A stretch of 64,000 bases of DNA from an uncultured delta proteobacterium. GTDB taxonomy: Bacteria > Desulfobacterota > Binatia > Binatales > Binataceae. Under the pieces are notes generated by a model. The model was given only the letters and a program-made list of their open reading frames with translations. It had not been told where the DNA came from and did no database searches. Shown here piece by piece: positions 60,597 through 64,000 of the stretch. The stretch's first letter is position 1; every line of letters starts with the position of its first letter. The DNA lies in assembly GCA_963794325.1 (NCBI GenBank), contig CAWCDG010000004.1:1632001-1696000 (forward strand). Direction: 5' to 3'. The translations under genes and the position numbers were made by a program.

Positions 60597-61211
60597 ATGC
60601 TGATTGCCGACGGCGAGTTCCGCTACGACATCCGCCGCGCCGGCGAGTTGATAGCCGTCGAAACTGAATCGCTCGCGTGGGGGCTGATTCGCGGCTCCCG
60701 GCGCGCGGCAATCGGCGCGAACGTGTACGAAGTGGAGGCCGAACTCGATGACGCCGGCCTGGTCCGTCGAGTTGCCCTGAGCTACAGCCGCGGCCCCTTC
60801 ACCCGCAACGCCAGCTACGAATCGATCGACAGTTTTCTCCGCGGCAACATCAGCACCGGCGGGAGCCGCAATGACCTGGCGACCAAGCTCGGCCGCTACG
60901 GCGAAGTGGATGCCGACCTGGTCATTTTCCGCGCGCTGACCATCGCACACATCCGTGAACGCGGGCAGACGCGATGGACCGGGCGCATTGCCGCAATCGA
61001 TTCGAACACGCTGGTCGCCGCAACCAGCAAGCAGTCATGCCGCCAGCGCGGCAACGATCCGCATCTGTGGACCTACGAGCCGCGGATGGGCGACTCCGAG
61101 GAAATCGAGATCGACGACGCGGGCCACGTGGTGCGGCGGCGCGATTCGCGCGGCGTCGAGACAGTGTTGGTGTCAAAGACGATCCGCGATGCGGAGGAAC
61201 CTAACCCCTAA
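60597..61211 (+). CDS. Hypothetical beta-rich protein
   Basis: 204-aa ORF with genome-like codon usage, preceded by TTGTCC-17-TAGCTT promoter-like signal. Confidence 0.65.
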   Translation: MLIADGEFRYDIRRAGELIAVETESLAWGLIRGSRRAAIGANVYEVEAELDDAGLVRRVALSYSRGPFTRNASYESIDSFLRGNISTGGSRNDLATKLGRYGEVDADLVIFRALTIAHIRERGQTRWTGRIAAIDSNTLVAATSKQSCRQRGNDPHLWTYEPRMGDSEEIEIDDAGHVVRRRDSRGVETVLVSKTIRDAEEPNP

Positions 61212-61240
61212 CCCCTTCCCTCGAGGGAAGGGGAACCGGA
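61198..61240 (+). repeat. REP-like family A copy 6
   Basis: AACCTAACCCCTAACCCCTTCCCTCGAGGGAAGGGGAACCGGA. Confidence 0.9.
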
Positions 61241-61272
61241 ACGCTGAGAAATCCTTCCCCTCACAAAACTTC

Positions 61273-61330
61273 CTAACAGGGACGAAGTCCCGCATCTTCT
61301 CTTAATACTGGGTGCAGGGGTCACCCCTGC
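61273..61330 (+). repeat. Two-hairpin repeat family C copy 2
   Basis: Same 27-bp and 26-bp blocks as 30843-30906. Confidence 0.88.
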
Positions 61331-61385
61331 CGCGGAAGCGTGAAACCCGCGAAGGGTTTCACATTCAATTAAGTGTATTGCGCCC

Positions 61386-61727
61386 CTACGCCGCGAGTTT
61401 CTTCGACGGCATCTTGCAGTCGCCGTCGAATTGCGCGCCCTCGTTGAGCACCAGGCTGGGCGTGCTGATCGTGCATTGCACTCGCGCCGTTGCCATCAGC
61501 TCGACGCGCTCGCGCGCCGTCACTTCGCCGCTGAACGCTCCCGCGATCGTCACCTTGGTCGCGGAGATCCGCGCGCTCACCACCGCGCCGGTCGTGATTA
61601 CGACGTCTTCGCCGGTGATCTCGCCTTCCGCTTCGCCTTCGATTTTCACCGGGCCGCGAAAGTTGAGTTTCCCCGACGCCTTGGTGCCTTTGCCGATGCG
61701 TGATTCGAATTCTTCGTTGAGCGCCAT
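61386..61727 (-). CDS. Bactofilin (polymer-forming cytoskeletal protein)
   Basis: IGKGT..SGKLNF..VKIEG..EGEI..GAVVSARISA..IAG..GEV..LVLNEGAQFDG beta-helix pattern. Confidence 0.9.
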   Translation of the reverse strand: MALNEEFESRIGKGTKASGKLNFRGPVKIEGEAEGEITGEDVVITTGAVVSARISATKVTIAGAFSGEVTARERVELMATARVQCTISTPSLVLNEGAQFDGDCKMPSKKLAA

Positions 61728-61904
61728 AAACTGATTGCCTTTCCCGATTTGGGGTTTCACTATTGCGGGAATGCGCGCGAACACGCAATGCTCGCTCGAT
61801 GGATCGCGTATATGAACAAAACATTATGTAGTGAGCGGTAACTGGCTTGCGCTCGTCATGCCGCGTGGCGCAAGGTTTTTTTGACAAGGGGAAGCCCAAA
61901 AAAG

Positions 61905-63845
61905 ATGAATCATGAATCCAAAAATCTGCGCGAACTCGGTCCTGAACGCCGCGGCGGACAAGGACTCGATCCGCATCAATATGATTCCGGCGACGCGACC
62001 ATTCTCGCGCTGCTCGCCGAATCTCCCGCCGCCGATTTCGTCGATCTGGCGATCACGTGGCGGGCCGACGCTTACGAAGTATGGTCCCGGCGCGGGATGA
62101 TCCGATTCAAGCGCTTCGCCGACGCCCACGGCGCGTTGTCGTTCAAGGTCGTCGAACAAGTCGGCGAGAACCCAATCGCAAATCAGGATCCATTCATCGT
62201 CTCCACTATCGATGAGGAACTCGACGCCTCCGCTCGCAGCGGCAATCGCACCGACGATCCGAATCGCGCGTTCTTCGAGCCCCACGTGCTCAGCCATCCT
62301 TACGCCTACGAGCGAATCGCGCAGCTGTTCGACAGTCCGCGCGCGCCCGACTTGGTCGTCAGCCCGAAGTGTTATGCGTACGGAATTCAGCCGGGCCAGC
62401 ATGGCGCGCTCGACGTCGTGCAATGCCGCGCGCCGCTGGTGTTCAGCGGTCCGGGCATCCGCGCCGGGCTTTTCAAGCTGAATGCTCGCCAGGTCGATGT
62501 GGCGCCGACCATCGCGCGCCTCGCGGGACTCCCGAAAATCGCTGGCCTCGACAGTTCGGGATCGCCGGCCGAAGTTTATCTGAAGCGCCAGGACGGCCAG
62601 CCGCTTGACGAAATAATCGACGATGATGAGCGGCCGCGCCGCGTGTACATGTTTCTGCTCGACGGCCTTTCGCATTCTGAACTGCGGCATCAACTCGACC
62701 ACAACCGCGGCGCGATTCCGAATCTCGCCGGCCTCATCGAGCGCGGCGCGATGCTCTCGCACGGCTCGATCGTCAACTTCCCGAGCATCACGTGGCCCAG
62801 CCATTCGACGATTCTGACCGGCGCATGGTGCGGGCATCACGACGTCGTCAATCCTACTTTCCACCTGCGCGAGCATCGCGAGACTGTGCCGATCCAGGGC
62901 AACGTCTTCGAGACCGAGCGCTATCTGAATCACGATGTCGAGACGCTGTACGAGGCGTTCAAGCGCGCCGGCGGCCCCAACACGATTACTGCATCGATCC
63001 ACGAACCGCAGGGACGCGGCGCCGACCACGCGGTGTTCGAGCGGCGCATCGTCGGCGACAAGGCGCGCCTCAAAGCGCTGACGGCCGAGATGGCTTCCGA
63101 CGTGAGTCCGCGATGGGCCGCGGACAATATGCCTGGTATGACGCGCGAGGAAATCGTGGACATCCGCGGGATGGCGCAAGTGATCAACCTTTTCGAACAT
63201 TGCGACGATGAGGCGCCGGTGTTCGTCGCGCACGAGTTCGTCATCACTGACGGCAGCGGCCACGACTACGGCCCGCATCACGAGGGGATGCGCGAGGCGC
63301 TCTATCGCACCGACCGCCGAATCGGCGCGGTGCTCGATTTGTTCCGCGCGCGCGGCCTGCTCGACTCGACGCTGTTCGTCATCACCTCAGACCATGGGAT
63401 GGCGGCGCAGCGCGTCGAGCTCAAAGCCAATCCAGCACGCGAGCCGGAGCGCGCCGGAATCCAGGGCGTATTCGCCGAGCCGATGATCTACCTGCGCGAC
63501 CTGCGCGTCGAGCTCGAACGCGCCCGCGACCTGCGCAGCCTCCGAGTCACCGTGCTCGACAACGATTACCTGCCCGACGGCGAGCACCCGCCGCTCTATG
63601 GCGCACGCGTCACGATCCACGGTCGGGGCGGCGCAGTAATCGCGGAATCGCGAACGCCCGAAACCGGCCGCGTCGCATTCGCAACCCCCGCCGATATCTC
63701 TGACGCCGAGCTGACAGTGAGCATCGAGCTAAAAGGCTTCAACTCGCGCAAGTTGCGCGCCGACGGCACCTCGCTAGCCAAAGACATCCGCAGAATTCTC
63801 TACGCAAACCTCCAATCCCCTCGCCCCACGAGAGGAGAGGGTTAG
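61905..63845 (+). CDS. Alkaline phosphatase superfamily nucleotide pyrophosphatase/phosphodiesterase, apparently circularly permuted
   Basis: LLDG, FPSITWPSH, TDGSGH, TSDHG, preceded by GQHG and VDVAPT. Confidence 0.85.
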   Translation: MNHESKNLRELGPERRGGQGLDPHQYDSGDATILALLAESPAADFVDLAITWRADAYEVWSRRGMIRFKRFADAHGALSFKVVEQVGENPIANQDPFIVSTIDEELDASARSGNRTDDPNRAFFEPHVLSHPYAYERIAQLFDSPRAPDLVVSPKCYAYGIQPGQHGALDVVQCRAPLVFSGPGIRAGLFKLNARQVDVAPTIARLAGLPKIAGLDSSGSPAEVYLKRQDGQPLDEIIDDDERPRRVYMFLLDGLSHSELRHQLDHNRGAIPNLAGLIERGAMLSHGSIVNFPSITWPSHSTILTGAWCGHHDVVNPTFHLREHRETVPIQGNVFETERYLNHDVETLYEAFKRAGGPNTITASIHEPQGRGADHAVFERRIVGDKARLKALTAEMASDVSPRWAADNMPGMTREEIVDIRGMAQVINLFEHCDDEAPVFVAHEFVITDGSGHDYGPHHEGMREALYRTDRRIGAVLDLFRARGLLDSTLFVITSDHGMAAQRVELKANPAREPERAGIQGVFAEPMIYLRDLRVELERARDLRSLRVTVLDNDYLPDGEHPPLYGARVTIHGRGGAVIAESRTPETGRVAFATPADISDAELTVSIELKGFNSRKLRADGTSLAKDIRRILYANLQSPRPTRGEG

Positions 63846-63888
63846 GGTGAGGGACATTTCTGCGGCGCAATTGTCCGGTGCGCCGCAC
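63817..63888 (-). repeat. 72-bp composite repeat copy 2
   Basis: Reverse complement matches 40936-41007. Confidence 0.85.
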
Positions 63889-63894
63889 TTTATT

Positions 63895-63944
63895 TCCGGT
63901 TCCCCTTCCCGCGCGGACCGAAAAAAGGGGTTAGGGGTTAGGTT
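63895..63944 (-). repeat. REP-like family A copy 7 (hairpin arm disrupted)
   Basis: TCCGGTTCCCCTTCCC...AAGGGGTTAGGGGTTAGGTT. Confidence 0.85.
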
Positions 63945-63966
63945 CTTGAGTAAGCCAGGTAAACCA

Positions 63967-64000
63967 ATGACAGACCTCAACAACAAAATCGCAATCGTAA
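63967..64000 (+). CDS. Start of a probable short-chain dehydrogenase (3' partial)
   Basis: MTDLNNKIAIV resembles the SDR N-terminus preceding TGxxxGIG; only 11 codons visible. Confidence 0.45.
   Translation, partial: MTDLNNKIAIV

Noticed and set aside
61824-63281. 485-aa minus-strand ORF
   Set aside because: Antisense shadow of the phosphodiesterase

Overview
GC-rich bacterial chromosome segment; gene content and repeat families would fit a soil Deltaproteobacteria-like lineage such as Binatota, but taxonomy is not provable from the sequence. Right of ~14 kb it is mostly housekeeping: smpB, htpX-lemA, coaE, panE, alaS-phoH-ybeY-X-lnt-prfB, nth, a MoxR/DUF58/vWA operon, and an IS3 remnant, with several families of REP-like palindromes in between. 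Left of the tmRNA gene (ssrA, 13603-13960, minus) is the most interesting block. It has three co-oriented genes encoding TIR domain - single TM helix - variable extracytoplasmic domains (Ig-like, Sel1, TolB-N+Sel1), followed by a TPR - SLOG - class III nucleotide cyclase gene with non-canonical specificity residues. This is a candidate receptor-type, Thoeris-like nucleotide signalling or defence system. Other oddities are an AbiGi-like ADP-ribosyltransferase-fold gene in the slot usually held by corC, a circularly permuted nucleotide pyrophosphatase, a CobS homolog lacking its conserved acidic motifs, and a TTAGGGG-tailed REP family. At least 8 single-base indels break otherwise intact genes (including smpB) and are most likely sequencing errors. 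All family calls come from motif recognition by eye; no database searches were run.
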